Shown one piece after another: positions 11,940 through 24,782 of a stretch of DNA of 64,000 nucleotides. Position 1 is the stretch's first letter, and each line of letters begins with the position of its first letter. Under the pieces are notes generated by a model. The model did no database searches. It was not told where the DNA came from and saw only the letters and a program-made list of their open reading frames with translations. The position numbers were made by a program, and so were the translations under genes. Source of the DNA: Paraspadella gotoi (taxonomy: Eukaryota; Animalia; Chaetognatha); assembly GCA_051294375.1 (NCBI GenBank), contig CM119267.1, positions 22,197,486 to 22,261,485 of the forward strand. The letters run 5' to 3'.

Positions 11940-14900
11940 TCAATTTTGTTCCCTCATTTCCATTTTGTGTTTATTTTTCCAATATTTAGAGACCAAATGG
12001 GGTTTCCCTTCGGCCATCATCTTCCGGTTCCACGCCTCGATTTCCTCCTTGTAACGTCGCCATTCCTTCCCAAAATCCACCTCTAATTTTTCCCTTTCCG
12101 AAGGCGACAATTTCGCGAAGGCTTCCCGCGATCCGCGAGCATTTTTACCGGAGTTCCGCTTCACGAACATTGCGAAAATCCGTGGAGGTTGTTTTGGCTT
12201 TTCGGGATTCCCTAGTAATTTCGTCGGTTTAGCGATGTTTTCTTTAAACTGTGTCAAATAATTTAACTGCAAATCGCGTTCTTGTCTTAAAATTTGAAAA
12301 TCCTTTTCTCTCAATTCCGGATTTTTGTTATTCTTCACTAAGTTTTCAAATGATTCTTTCGAAACCAAATGTAGCTTGCCCTCTGCAACCATCATCTCGC
12401 TCCATCTTGACAGCTCTTTTCTATATTTCTGAAATTCTTCAGCGTATTCCTTTTTCAATTTTTTTTTCTTGAGTGGAGACAATTTAGTATAATCTTTCTT
12501 AACTTTATCCATAAAATCCATCAATGGTTCTTCTTGCCCGCGAAGATGCAGGCGGGATTTATAAAACCTGATAAAAATATTGCTTGGGCGTTTAGGTTTA
12601 CGTAAAGTCTCATTCTTCTGACAAATTCTATTTGTCTTGACCGTTACATTATTCTTGATCCATTTTTTCGAAACCAAATAATCCTTGCCCTCGTCCACCA
12701 TCCTCTGGTTCCATGCTTCAAGATCATCCCAGTAATTCCGCATGTCCACGGCATATTCCGCCTCCAAACGTTCCCTCTCTTTCGGGGGCAAATTTTTGAA
12801 AGCCTCGGGAAGTTTATGCATAAGATCTAAAACTGTTTCTCCTTCAGCGCGAAGGGCCATACGACTTTGTAAAAATCGAGGGTAAACGCATGGCGGCATT
12901 TTAGGTTTGTCAAAGCAACTATTTTTTTTACCACGGATTTTTTTTTTATCTCTAAAAAACAGTCGAATCACTTTTTTTTCTGTTCGGCGCATCACGCATA
13001 AAACGGGGTAAAACCGAAAAGGAATAGTTTTAACATTTACCGCGTTGGAATTCGTGATTTAAGTTAGGACAAATCTCTGACGAAAAAAGCCAGAGGTTTT
13101 TTAAATATATTCTTGTACCGGCCAATGTAAAATGATGTCAATATTGTTAATATTAAGTTTTAAGTAAATCCAACCATGGATATTAAAAATATTAACCAAA
13201 ATCTTCGGAAAATCCACCCCTTTGATGGAAGATTTTCGCCATAAAAGATTTTTCCCCGAATCTGACTCCCGGTTAAGAGGAAAGGTCATTCAGCATAACA
13301 ATACGTAATCTTGATGTATTAGAGCTAATACATCGAGAAATTACATCGTAATCACCAGTAATCACCAAAAAAAAGTTTTTATTTATATGTCAACATTGTG
13401 TTTTAAATATTTTTTTTGAAATCGGTAAATAACAAAATTGTTAAGTTAAATGGGTAAGCACATTTTGTAAAGATTTGTTTTTCAATCTGTTTGTTAAAAA
13501 ATTATAGGTAAGAAGTTAAAACACGGTATGGGTTAGTTTAGAAGGGGAGAATTAAACAATTAATCTCGTTACTCTCTTGGTTTTCCAGTCATGAACAAAA
13601 TCTTCAGTTAAATAGATGGTAAAGAAATTCGAGCTACAATGAATCTACACTGAATTTGAAGAGTTGCAGCCGAGACGACTGCAATAATATTGAATTAAAA
13701 ATTTGATTAGCAATCTTAAAAACATTTGTAAAAATGTAATAGAGAGACATTTTGATAAACGCGTTCCAGTTAGAAAGAATTCAGGGTTAAAGTTTAAAAA
13801 CGTTTCATTTTCAAGGATACAAGTTGAAATTTAAAAATGTCTCTCTATTACATTTTTCTAATTCAGTAATAAAAAATTCACAAAAAATATCAGATGGATT
13901 GGCCTTTTCGTTTGACCTGCAACTCTTCAGATAGGTTTCTTTTATTTTATATTATAATTAAAACCGATATAAAATGGGGTAGAATGCATCAAATGTTTAA
14001 AGTGAATACATTTTCGGAATCGCCAGGAGCTCAGCTTTCTGAATTTGTACTCCATTTTGGCCTATTTTGAAGTTGAATTGAATGACCCTTTTTCTTAAAA
14101 ACTCTTAGAATTCCGATCGTTAGCTCCTTTTACTTAGTTTAAATACAAATTTCACCAAAATCGCCTATTTAATTTACCATGATCGTATCACACTTTGCCA
14201 GAGGATTCCTAAATTTGTGAAACCGGAACATATCTCAATCACGTTTAGATTGTCTTGAAGGGGAAAAAATCCCTTTCATTTCTATATAAAATCAAAGATG
14301 GAAAATATTTTCGTACAGATGCAGTCTATTTGTTCTGGCTTGTTTGATATCAAGTTGATGATTTGACAAGAGATGCAACAGGATCGGAATCATGAGTTTT
14401 TACATCTATTTTTTACCACAATTTTTCCCGGGAGCGTTTATATTGTTTGGGAGTCAGTTTTGAACAAAAATCTCCATTGAAAAAATATTTCTCGATTACT
14501 AAGAACGACATCGGCTCCTATTTAAGTTATCTTTTCTTCATTTTATTATTTTTCCCTGAACAATTTTTTTTTGTTCGCATACGGCGAATTTAAGAGGATG
14601 AAAAGACCTTTCAACTGGTTACTAAAATTTCAATGGATATTTCTCACGGTATGGCCCGCACGAAATGAGAATCTTCTTGAAAATCATTGAGAACGTATTT
14701 AGTTGTTTCTACTTTCCTTTTCGATTAAATCTGTCTTTTTATCATAAATTTTAGATTCTATTGATACCGGATCCCAATATTCTGCTCACAATGGTCTTAA
14801 AGCGGCAACTATAACTTATCAAGACGTTTGCTTTGAAGAATTTTTTGACTCATTTTGTAATCGGCTCAGAGCGAAAACTCTGCTGAGAGTGAGAGTCTCT

Positions 14901-15758
14901 CCTTCTCTCTCTCTCTTTCTCTCTCTCTCTGATTTTCACCTGACTCATCTGCTTTATCCTCCTTATTGTTACTTACTCTTTCTTACCATAGAAATGATTT
15001 GAATTTCGAATGCAATGATTAATAAAATGAACCAATCTCGATATTTTGTATTAATTATTTAATAAAAACCTTTTTATGCAATAGTAATTAGGAATTAATT
15101 GTTTGAAAAAACAAATTTGAAAAAAAAAATTAAGGAAAAAGAAATTTAAAAAAAAATCCGAAATTTAAAAAAACGGTAAAGAAGATTCCGAAATTTTGTT
15201 GTTTACTCGATGGCGAAAAAATATACCCCGTTTTATGCGTGATGTGTCCTCTTCGATTCGAAACATCATCTCCCTTTCTTCTTCCGTGAGGCTTTCGTAC
15301 CAGTCGTTTATATCCGAGTAGTAGCTAACCATTTTCTCTTGAAACATTTCATTGTATTGTTTTTTTTGCTCTTCATCCATTGTTTTCCAAGTTTTCGCCA
15401 AGACACAAATAATACCTGAAAAAAATTTTTAAACAAAATATTAAGATTTCCCTCAATGTTACAAGAAACGATTCTTCGTACTTTTAGGGGATAAGTCAGG
15501 TTTAATTTTATTCATCTTTTCAAAATTGTCGTGGACAAAACAGAAGTAAGGAGAACCGGGCTTTTTCGGCTTTTTCGGCAATTCTTCCGGGGGCCGTTGG
15601 AATGTCGATCGAGATGAGCAAAAGTGACGGATGGAAGTCATTTCCCTTGACTCGCAAGAATTGACGAAAAACGAGGTGAAGCGGTGGACGAACGCACAGA
15701 GCGCGCGGGGAGCCGTTGCATACAAAGCGGAGACACCGCCGGCGACGACGAACGCCAT
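11940..15758 (-). CDS. TFAM-like protein C (4 HMG boxes; exons ~15482-15758, 15227-15416, 11940-12979)
   Basis: Presequence-like N-terminus, LPKKPKKPGSPYFCF box, then three KP.P...W..M..EGK..LVS repeats. Splice phases are compatible across a 2.2-kb intron. Confidence 0.7.
12990..15244. mobile_element. Putative decayed DNA transposon bounded by 21-bp inverted repeats
   Basis: CATCACGCATAAAACGGGGTA at 12990-13010 and its exact reverse complement at 15224-15244. Can also be read as CAC...GTG termini with an AT duplication. Interior is AT-rich with no intact ORF. Confidence 0.6.
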
Positions 15759-15902
15759 AGTACACAGAAATGTAATGAGTCAAGACTTTTTAAAAATAGT
15801 TAGGACGGCGGAGAAATCAAAACGAGGGAGGGTAATAAAAAAAAATGTTATAAAAAAAAAGCACAAAACTTCAAGATTCCTTTCCCCGTAATGAGATAGA
15901 CA

Positions 15903-16976
15903 CTAGGACGACGATTTCAACGACTCGATCCGAGCTCTCCATTCTTGCCGCTTCGTCTCGATTTCGCTCTGGCGAACGTTTCTCAAGGGATCGGTGACTG
16001 GGCATCTTCGCTTGATGTTGTCGACGAGCGACTCGGCGTGCCAGATGAGGAAAACACCGCAATCAAAGCCGTTACTTTGTCTCCCACCAACTCCGTCAAC
16101 GACGCCTGGAAAGGGGCCCGGCGCCGAGAGAAATGGGAAAAGATTAAAGGCGATCTTCGATGCCGCGCGCGAGTTGGACGGAGCCGAGGAGTCGAAGTGG
16201 AGAAATTGATGGTCCGATCTGTGAAGGGATCGACGATTGATTCATTGAATTCAACAGACTAAACTTTTTGAATAAAAATAATCGCCTGAAACCAGGATGA
16301 TCACCGAGAAAAAAGCAGAAGGCTCCAGTGAGTCCCGCCCACGCGGTCTGCCAACTCTTGGTTGTTGACGGCGAGGAAGACAAACTGCTTTAGCGGGAGA
16401 TTCAACGGCTCCAGGAAGAGATCGAGGGGACACTCCTCGGTTAATACGCTCGTCGACGCGAGTTTAACGAACTGAGTTACTTCTGGTGATATCATCGCCA
16501 CTTCATTCCTAATAGAACATAAAATGTCTTTAATAGAAAATATAAAAAAAAAATCAAATACAGAAATAAAGAAGTAAAGAATAGAGTCATGTACTGTACG
16601 ACTGTACGTGTACGTGGTTCGAAGAAACCAACTCCTACGATTTACTTTAAAATATGTAACTCAAAAAGCAAAAAAAGGACTTTTGTACATTCTGTACCTG
16701 AGATCATCAAGTTCGTCGGCGAGGAATTCGAAGGCGAAACCGATGAGGGCGTCGTTGAGCCAATTGGGCGACTGAAGAAAAGTTGGCGAGGCTTGACTTT
16801 TTTTCTCCAGATTTGAAAACACGAAGAGTTAAAAAGGGACAGAATCCCACGAAACGTCTCGCCAATCCGCCCGCGCCCCGGCGCCCCGCCCTCTCTTGTC
16901 CCCGAACCTGTAAGAGAACGACGTCGCGGGATCTGAGAAGAGAGTCTCCATAGGACAAAACCACCGCGTCGTTCAT
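15903..16976 (-). CDS. SENP8: NEDD8-specific protease (DEN1/NEDP1)
   Basis: VVLSYGDSLLRSRDV, WLNDALIGF, GGTHWSLL, HFDS and QSNGFDCG (catalytic His/Asp/Cys). Confidence 0.93.
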
Positions 16977-18291
16977 CCTTTCGCTCTCCCGTCCTTCAAT
17001 TTTTTTCTTAACTTTTAAAACAAAAAAATATATTTTTGTGCGATTGCAAATTTTCAAAAAGAATTTAATAAACAAACGTATAAAAATATGACAGAGCATT
17101 TGATTATACATCGATTGGAAAGAAAAATTGATTATAACTGTAAAAAATTTAACAAAGAAACTAAGAAAGCAGGTCAACAATAAGAAGTAAATATTTAATA
17201 AACTTTATTATTTGGGAAAACTGATGTAACGAAACTTTTTAGGACATTTTACGAAGACAAAACAAATTTAAGCATGGGAGGGGGGGTTTAAGTTTAATGA
17301 TTGGAAAATACTCGAAAACCTACGTATAATTATGCTTTAACTTGAAACTTGGTCTAAGCCCTATGTAGCACAAATAATTATAACAGATCGCTCGCTTGGT
17401 AAAATAGTCTCACAACTCAAATGCTACATTCTACATTTTTCCTAGAAATCGATTTCACGTCTATGTCTAAAATGATTGGAAATCGAGCCATCTTCCAAAT
17501 GAGTAAAAAGCGCAGGGAATGAATCAAATATAAACGTGACCCAAGTTGAGCATCATGTGCCTCGACACATCCCCCTCTGCATCTTCAAATTGACGAGGAA
17601 ATGAAGAAATGATCGTCGGAAGTTGGAAACATTCCTGTCGAGGAAGTGAGGTGGATGGCGTTGTCTGCTCGTCGAGAGAACTTTCAATTTCCGAGCTCGT
17701 CAGTTCGGGGTCCCAATTAGCCAGTTCCCAATAAAAACTGAAACGACAATTAACGGAAAATTAGTAGGAAGTAATAATAAGACTAAACAACGCTAACTAA
17801 TAAATCACCAATCAAACTAATTAGCAAGTATAGTAAAAACAGGTTTGAAAACTTTAAATCCCAAAAACAAATCATGAGACAAAAAGCGGGAAAGCCCCCC
17901 CGACGACGAGATTTAGCAAAACCGAAATTTTTCTTATAAATTTATATACACCGTGACCATTTGAAACCCACGATTAAAAAAAAAATAACCAAAGGAAAAC
18001 AAAGATTTTAAAATTTTGAAAAAAGATCTTTAAAGACAAGACACTCATTTTTTAAGTATAAATATTATTTCTTTCGGTTTACTTCTACTTTAACAGGAAG
18101 AGGTAAAAGCTTTGAAACTGATCTCCCGGTTCGATAGGTTCGATAGCCTAATGTTTTTGAATAAAAAATTTGTATCTTACTTTCTAAACAATGCGTTTGC
18201 GACGATAAAAATGAGTACGTCTTATCTTTATAATATTATTAATTAAAAAACGAAAATTTTCGTGGAACAACAATAAAGTTTTTTATTAACT

Positions 18292-18333
18292 TTGGACATG
18301 TTTCGGCTTACAACTCAAGCCTTCATCAGCATT
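18292..18333 (-). ncRNA. Minimal hammerhead ribozyme copy 3 (weak stem I)
   Basis: AAUG-CUGAUGA-A-GGCUU(GAGUUGU)AAGCC-GAAAC-AU-GUC/CA followed by AATAAA. Confidence 0.7.
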
Positions 18334-18362
18334 TGAAATCACAAATAATTTATTTCACAAAC

Positions 18363-18407
<45 letters not shown>

Positions 18408-18540
18408 TCTATTTATATATCTTTTTTCAAAATGTTAAAATCTCTACACATTTTCATATGGTGAATTTTTTATAGCGGCGGGTTTCAAATGGTCACGGTG
18501 TACAAACAAGTTGAACAAATGGAAAAGGTCGGAACGAAAC

Positions 18541-20453
18541 CTACATTGGTCTCCTTCTTTCCTTTTCCGCCTCGGCGGCCTCCTTGTCCCAATCTTCCAT
18601 TTCTTCCTCTGCTTCAGCATCGTCCGACGAGCGAGTTTGCTCGGGCGTCGTCGTCGTTCTCGACGCCGACACCGAATCGGTCGTTGTCATCGTCGTCTCC
18701 CGGATCAATGCAGGTGGTTTTTCCGTAATCGCCGTCGATGTCGTCGTTACGGTTTCCTCGTGAAAGTTATCAGTGTCTGACGATGTTTCCAAATTAATTG
18801 TAGTCGTCGTCGTCGTCGTCGTCGTCCCGATTGCCTCTGCATCCCAGTCTTCGTCCAAATTACATCCCTTTTCTCGAGGTTCCGCCCACGCATCCACTCG
18901 CGAGTATTCATAGTCATCTGGTGATCGAATTGGGAGATATATTTTTTTTCAACAGGTTAAAAAACCGATACATCATCTACAACAAAATCCCATTTCCTCA
19001 TTACTTGCGTCTCTCCATGCTTCGCCGTCTTCAACGTCACTGGCGTGTCCGACGAATTCGTGCTCGTAGGTTAGTTCTTCATCTTCAAACTCCTCGTCGA
19101 CTTCTTCGGAAGCCATCCTCACCCAGAGGCGGCCTCCGTCGTCGTCCATCCGCCAGTCAGGGTTGTTGGGAATCATACGGCGCACTGCGTCTATCAACGC
19201 CCTCGTGTCTCCCTCGAAGAGACGATGCAGTTTAAAAGAACTGTCCATAGTCTTGTCGAGGCAGACATCGACGACGACGGGTGGACCGTGGGAGGCTTCC
19301 TCCAAAAATTTCTCAACAGCGGCGGCGTCCTCGAAGTCTTCGAACTGCTCGAGGCGTTGCAACCGGATGCACCACTCTTCCATTTCGTCGGATCGATGCT
19401 TAGCCATGCGGCTGACGCAGTAATAGATTTCATTCTCCCTTGCTATTTTCGGATCGACTCTCTCGACGCCCGGGTAAAGGTGGTTGCAGATGAGCTCCAA
19501 GGGTCCCTCGGTTTCATCGCCATCCGAATTAGAGCAGACCCGAACGCCGGCGGACAAATCTAAGCCTTCAACGTCTCTTTCGGCGTCCTCCCTCTTAATA
19601 AAAAGGCCAATCTGAGTGCAGAGTCCGATGTCTCCCCACGATCCTCCGTCCGCCCTCAAGGGAGGATCGCCGACGCCGTCGAATTCGACGTCGTAGCCGA
19701 ACGCCTCGGCTGTCGCTCGGCACCAATCGCGAAATTGAGAACGCGTCCACTCAAATTTGTGGTCCCAGTGGCGAAAACCAGAAAAGTCGGGAAAGACCAC
19801 ATTGAATTCACTGTTGGGCGTGGTGACGATGACGATACGCGGCCGATAGTAGCCGAAGACGGCCTCTGGAAGCGCAGCGAGTGTCTCTTCGTCAAGATGC
19901 TCGACGACCTCGACGAGGGTGACCGCTTCGCACCGCCGCTTCAGCCGCGAATCTTGCTCCGTCAGGCTGCCGCGGAACAGGCTGATCTCAAGCGGTATTT
20001 CGCGCCTCTGGAGATAATCTCCGGCGACGGGGCGCAGTGTGTCGCGGCCGACCAGAAGTTCTGAACGAAGAAGATCGACGCCGACGAGAGACCCCACCGT
20101 CGGGACCCACTTGAGAAGTCCGAGAAGTTTGGGAGCGCTGCAGCCAAAGTCGACGACAGAGCCGACGCCACGCTCCTCGATGATGCGTCGGACATAAGCA
20201 TAGCGTTGTCGGTAGAGGGGAGGCGTGAAAAGCGGGGAGCGTTCCCCGACTTCGTCTTTTGGATCGACAGGTACCGCGGGAGAATCATTCCTGTCGTAGA
20301 CCTCGCAACATTCGTCGCTTCCGTCGGCGTCTCGTGTCCATTTGCGCCGTTTGTCCTTGTCCTCACGCACGACTTCGGGCGAAAGTTTGGAGTCGCATTT
20401 TCCATCTTCGTCGATGTGGTCCGAATCCAAATGGATAACACTGTCTATCGGCA
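18541..20453 (-). CDS. HENMT1: Small RNA 2'-O-methyltransferase (HEN1); possible further exon at ~17520-17737
   Basis: FTPPLYRQRY, VVDFGCS, LVEVVEHL, TTPNSEFN and FRHWDHKFEWTR. Acidic/Thr-rich spliced tail. Start codon uncertain. Confidence 0.93.
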
Positions 20454-20902
20454 TGGTAACGGCGGGCGTTAATAGTTGATAGAGACGGAATCGTGAAGAG
20501 GAATCTCCAAAGACTGAACTTTCCGATATGTGATATTCATATATGTGATATTCACAATCCCCCTCTAACATCGTCAAACGACTTTCATGATCTTAGGAGT
20601 TCTTTCTTTTTTTTTATCTGAGGGCCTGTGCGAGACGAGTATCAGGAACTAAATTTCTTGGCAGTTTGCATACCGTAAAGAACCGCATATTTGTAAAACA
20701 AATTGATCGAAAAGTGGAAGAAGTAAAAAAATCACTTGCGACTTTTTAATGGCACGCCTGTGCATTCCAATACCACATAAAAACGACAACTTGAGGAATG
20801 ATCGCCGCAAAAAAAAAAATAAATTACCTAAATTTTCAGCAAATCAATAAAAAGCTAAAATTGAAAGATTAAAAAAAGCTGGAGGCAAAGTTCGGTTTTT
20901 CT

Positions 20903-21355
20903 TTACTCAGCCAGTCCGTATTTGGCCATGAGTTCGTTGGCCGTCGCGATGTAGTCATTTTCCGCATCGTCAGTCTTCATTCCTGTAATTGTAATTACCA
21001 AACAAAATTTCTGATCGCTGATATTCATGAAATTAGTACAATAAACTTTATGGTTTGAGAAAAAATTTCGTATTTAGCAAGAACACCCCCACACCTTTTC
21101 TTTCATTCCAGGCGTCCCACTTGGCTTTGCCTGCAAAATCCAGGGAAAGCGTCCCCGGTCTCTCCGTGTTTACGTCACCAACCGTGGCTTGCTTGTACAA
21201 TCCGTAAAGCTTGAGCATTTCCGCGTCTGATAGTAATTTATTTAAGTTTATAATTTGAAAAGGTATGTAATAATTATGTACAACTGACCAGCTGGCTTCG
21301 TTTTACATTTCTTCACATTCTCCGCGGCTTCGAGGAACGAAGGTGAGTTAGACAT
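20903..21355 (-). CDS. DBI: Acyl-CoA-binding protein (3 exons, missed by the ORF track)
   Basis: [39 protein letters not shown]. Confidence 0.95.
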
Positions 21356-21567
21356 GACTGAGGCTTATTTTGATTATTTTTTAATCTAAATATTTTAAAA
21401 TAAAATATGAGAAATATTGCACAATTTAAAATGAACCCCCCCACCCCACTCCCCCCAAAAAACCGGTTGTAAAGGACGAGGTGATACGGTTTTAAATAAA
21501 AGAAAAATAACAATTACACGCTGGAAATATTAACTCTAAAACAAACAGAACACGGCCCGCTTTAATT

Positions 21568-23506
21568 TCACCACCACTCGCCAAAAACATATGCCACGAT
21601 GGCCGTGAAAACGGCGAAGGCGAGAGTAAAGCGGCGGAGGTTTCGCGCAAACGTCAGCATTGAAGTCGGCATCGTCGAGGTCATCCGCGTCATGGCGCCA
21701 TCTTCTCCCGAAGAGCCGAAGCTTTCTTCCGACGTTCGACTCTCCTCGTCGGAAGACAAAGAGGCGAGGATCAGGGGCCAATCATCCTTTATGAGTTTGG
21801 ACAAGTCTTGTTGGTCCAGAGGCACCGAGTCCCTCTCCATAAGTGACGCGTACATCAACAAAAAGCCGGGATCTTGGTTTAAGGACCGGAAATCCCGAGT
21901 CGTCCGCGACTGCGGTCTTATGTCTAGCCGAGCAGTAGCGATTGAAGTAGGAGACGGTTTGCTATCAAAATGAGACAATTGGATCGACAAAGGCGGCCTT
22001 CCGATGGACAAAGGTGACAATGCACTCTCCGAAGTCGCAGAACTGACGTCCGATGATGGAAATACAAAATTTAAAGACGCCTTTGTATTGACTGAGGGAT
22101 CCATTGCAATGACCGAAGATTCAGATGAAAGATCTGAAGATGCTGATCCTACTTCGGCATGAACCGAGGAAACCTCCGAGGGTACTGGTTCGATATCAGA
22201 ATTAACCAGCGGAAGCGTTGCGAGCTGTCTCGCAGAAACACTATTGGTTGCGGCGCTGGGCAGAGACCTGGCCTCCTCCCCACTGGATGACCTGTCTCGG
22301 CTCCAATCAGCTCGGATTTGGAGTCTAGCGGGGCTGAACTTTAGTCGAGCCTTCAACGCCCACTTCAACAAATAATCCCAAGGAAGATCTTGAGGAAGGT
22401 TGAGAAGTAGTTGATGCAGCGCCCCCATTTCCGGTTCCGTCTCCATGATATCCTTGGTCCGATAAATTACTATAGCGGCTATTGGAAAAAGGCGAGAGAT
22501 GAAGAAAAAGCGCTAACAAAACAAAAATAACATAAGTAGAAAAAAAAAAAAAAAAAACCTGCGAGGTAGAGCGGCATATGTATTTTATCGTCAGAGCAAG
22601 AAATAAAATGATCGTAGATTCTGAGGACGACGCCGAAGTCTGCGACTGCATGAGAGAACCACGTGAGGACCCAACTCACGGCGAAATCTGGGCTCAGTCC
22701 CCCCGCATTCAGATGCTGAGAAAAAATATACAAAGGCTTCAGGAAAGCGGCGTTTTTAAATTAAAACCACCACCACCACTCTCGTGTGAGGCTCACGTTC
22801 AGTAATTTCATATCGTACAATCCAACGAGTGCAAGCAAAAGTTTCAATCGCAAAAATGCCGACTCCATCGTTGTCTCCATGAATATGCTCAAATGCTCCT
22901 TTGTCATCTGCTCCACCAAAGCCACCGCGAAGCCCTCGCCGCCAACCAGTAAAAATGTGAGACAGACGTCATTAAACCCTTGATAATAGTGAAGGTCTGG
23001 GTTTCGGCTCAGCACCGTCATGATGACTTTGAGAAGCCTTTCCTTGAGAACTTCTCGCCCCGCGCTATTGGTGCCCGGTGGAAACCGACCCACAGTCCGA
23101 TGGACATCCATTTCCACCTGAGCAAAGGTCGGGGAGTGACGGGCTTCTTCGACTGGGGACAAAATTTTTCTCGTTATGTATAAATCTGCAGCATATAACC
23201 AGAATTCCTTGGAATCAAATCCCGAAGATCACGTTTTACTACGAGAAACGAACCCGATATCGTCGGAACGAAAGCAAAAGGAACACGTAAGAGTTTTGGC
23301 CATAGATAAACGCGGAGTTCGTTGCACAGCAGGCCGCCAGGCCGTATTCCCATCCTTCGGATCTTGTTAAGATCGCCGTAATCGCCATTCAAAATCCAAC
23401 CCAGGATCTTAGCGCGTTTGCGTCGATACTTAGACCGGGTTAGACCGCATTTGTAAATGGTTGGACGCCCTGGCTGCGTGGGATGGAGTTCGAGTCCGAG
23501 ATACAT
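21568..23506 (-). CDS. TBC1D20-like Rab GAP, paralog 2 with Ser-rich insert and C-terminal TM segment
   Basis: LRVYLWPKLL, QVEMDVHRT, YYQGFNDV, FAVSWVLTWFSH, HMPLYLA and a hydrophobic C-terminus. Confidence 0.85.
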
Positions 23507-23742
23507 CGTTTTTTTTTTACTTCCCCGCTCTATTTAATCGCGTTATTTTCAATAAAGGAAAGACAACCTTGGAAAAATAGAAAAAAAATACAACTAATAA
23601 CGAAGAAATAATCACCGGATGGTAAAGAAATGGAATGGCAACGTTAATAAGAAAAGTTATATCAACTGATCGGAACGGAGTTTTTTTTGTCATTTTGTTT
23701 TTTGGGTTTTTTTTTTTTACGTTTGCTGATCCGAATTCAAAT

Positions 23743-24306
23743 TCAAGATTGAGCAATCTGTTCTAAACTCTTGCAAGCGTTTTTCAATTTTCCAACCAAG
23801 TCTTGCAAGTCTTCGTAAGAACAAGAGAACTTGATCCCATCCTTGAGCGTCGGTCCCTTTAAGGAGACAAGGTACTTGACCTGGCCCATTCTACCGACAG
23901 CCTCCCCGCTGACCGCGTAGTCCAGTTTCCAATCGACGTCTTCAACGACGTCGAAATGCGTTCCGATAGACGCCAGCGTCAAGCGGAGTCGCGCCTTTGA
24001 CTCTTCGTACTTCTTCGCCACCGCCTCGGCTCGATCCGAGGAAACTAGGTCCTCCAGCGCGGAGGAGATAGCGCCGGGGCCGGCGTCGTGCTTGGCTGCC
24101 TCCAGCATTAGCGTGGCGAGGGCGACGCCGGCTCGCTTGAGGACGCCGCGATCGTGGCCGAGGAAGGCGGGATTTTCTGGACCACCGTCGGGACGGGTCA
24201 AGCGGTCGGCCGCATCGGCAAGGAGAGTTTCCAAAATTGCCCCGGGGACGGCGTCGACGTCGTTGAGCACGCCGAGGCCGTCGAGAGTCTCGTCGGACAA
24301 CTCCAT
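23743..24306 (-). CDS. COMMD3: COMM domain-containing protein 3 (single exon)
   Basis: MELSDETLDGL start, LEAAKHD, DVDWKLDY and FSCSYEDLQDLVGKLKNACKSLE. Confidence 0.93.
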   Translation of the reverse strand: MELSDETLDGLGVLNDVDAVPGAILETLLADAADRLTRPDGGPENPAFLGHDRGVLKRAGVALATLMLEAAKHDAGPGAISSALEDLVSSDRAEAVAKKYEESKARLRLTLASIGTHFDVVEDVDWKLDYAVSGEAVGRMGQVKYLVSLKGPTLKDGIKFSCSYEDLQDLVGKLKNACKSLEQIAQS

Positions 24307-24782
24307 CGCGGAGGTCTTAAAGAAAAAGAATTTGAAAGGGGAGGATGCGAAATTGTTGCGGAGGTAGGGAAGTGGAAAAGAAAGACATCAGCATGGTACA
24401 AGTTATAGTTAAACCGATCAAGTTTCGACGATTTCTCTTTAATATATAAAGAAAATAAAGCATGAGTGATTAAAATGTCACAATAAATTGACTTGATGCA
24501 AGTCGGACCGAATACCAGTTGCTTTCTATCATTAAACCGATTTTTAAAAAAAAACTTGTGGTTGTGGTTAAAAATAAAGTAATAAAACCGAAATAAGGGC
24601 GCGAGAAGCTGACAACCAAAAAAAGTCACATAAGTAAAAATCGACCGATGGTTAAACATATTTCTGCACTTCCTCTGACCAGACTAGAGCCAAAAAATTA
24701 GTTGTCACGCCGAGCTCGAAGCCAAGCGAAAGACAAAGCCAGAGAGCTTTTTATCAACCGTCCCGGAGCGATAGGGTGGAGT

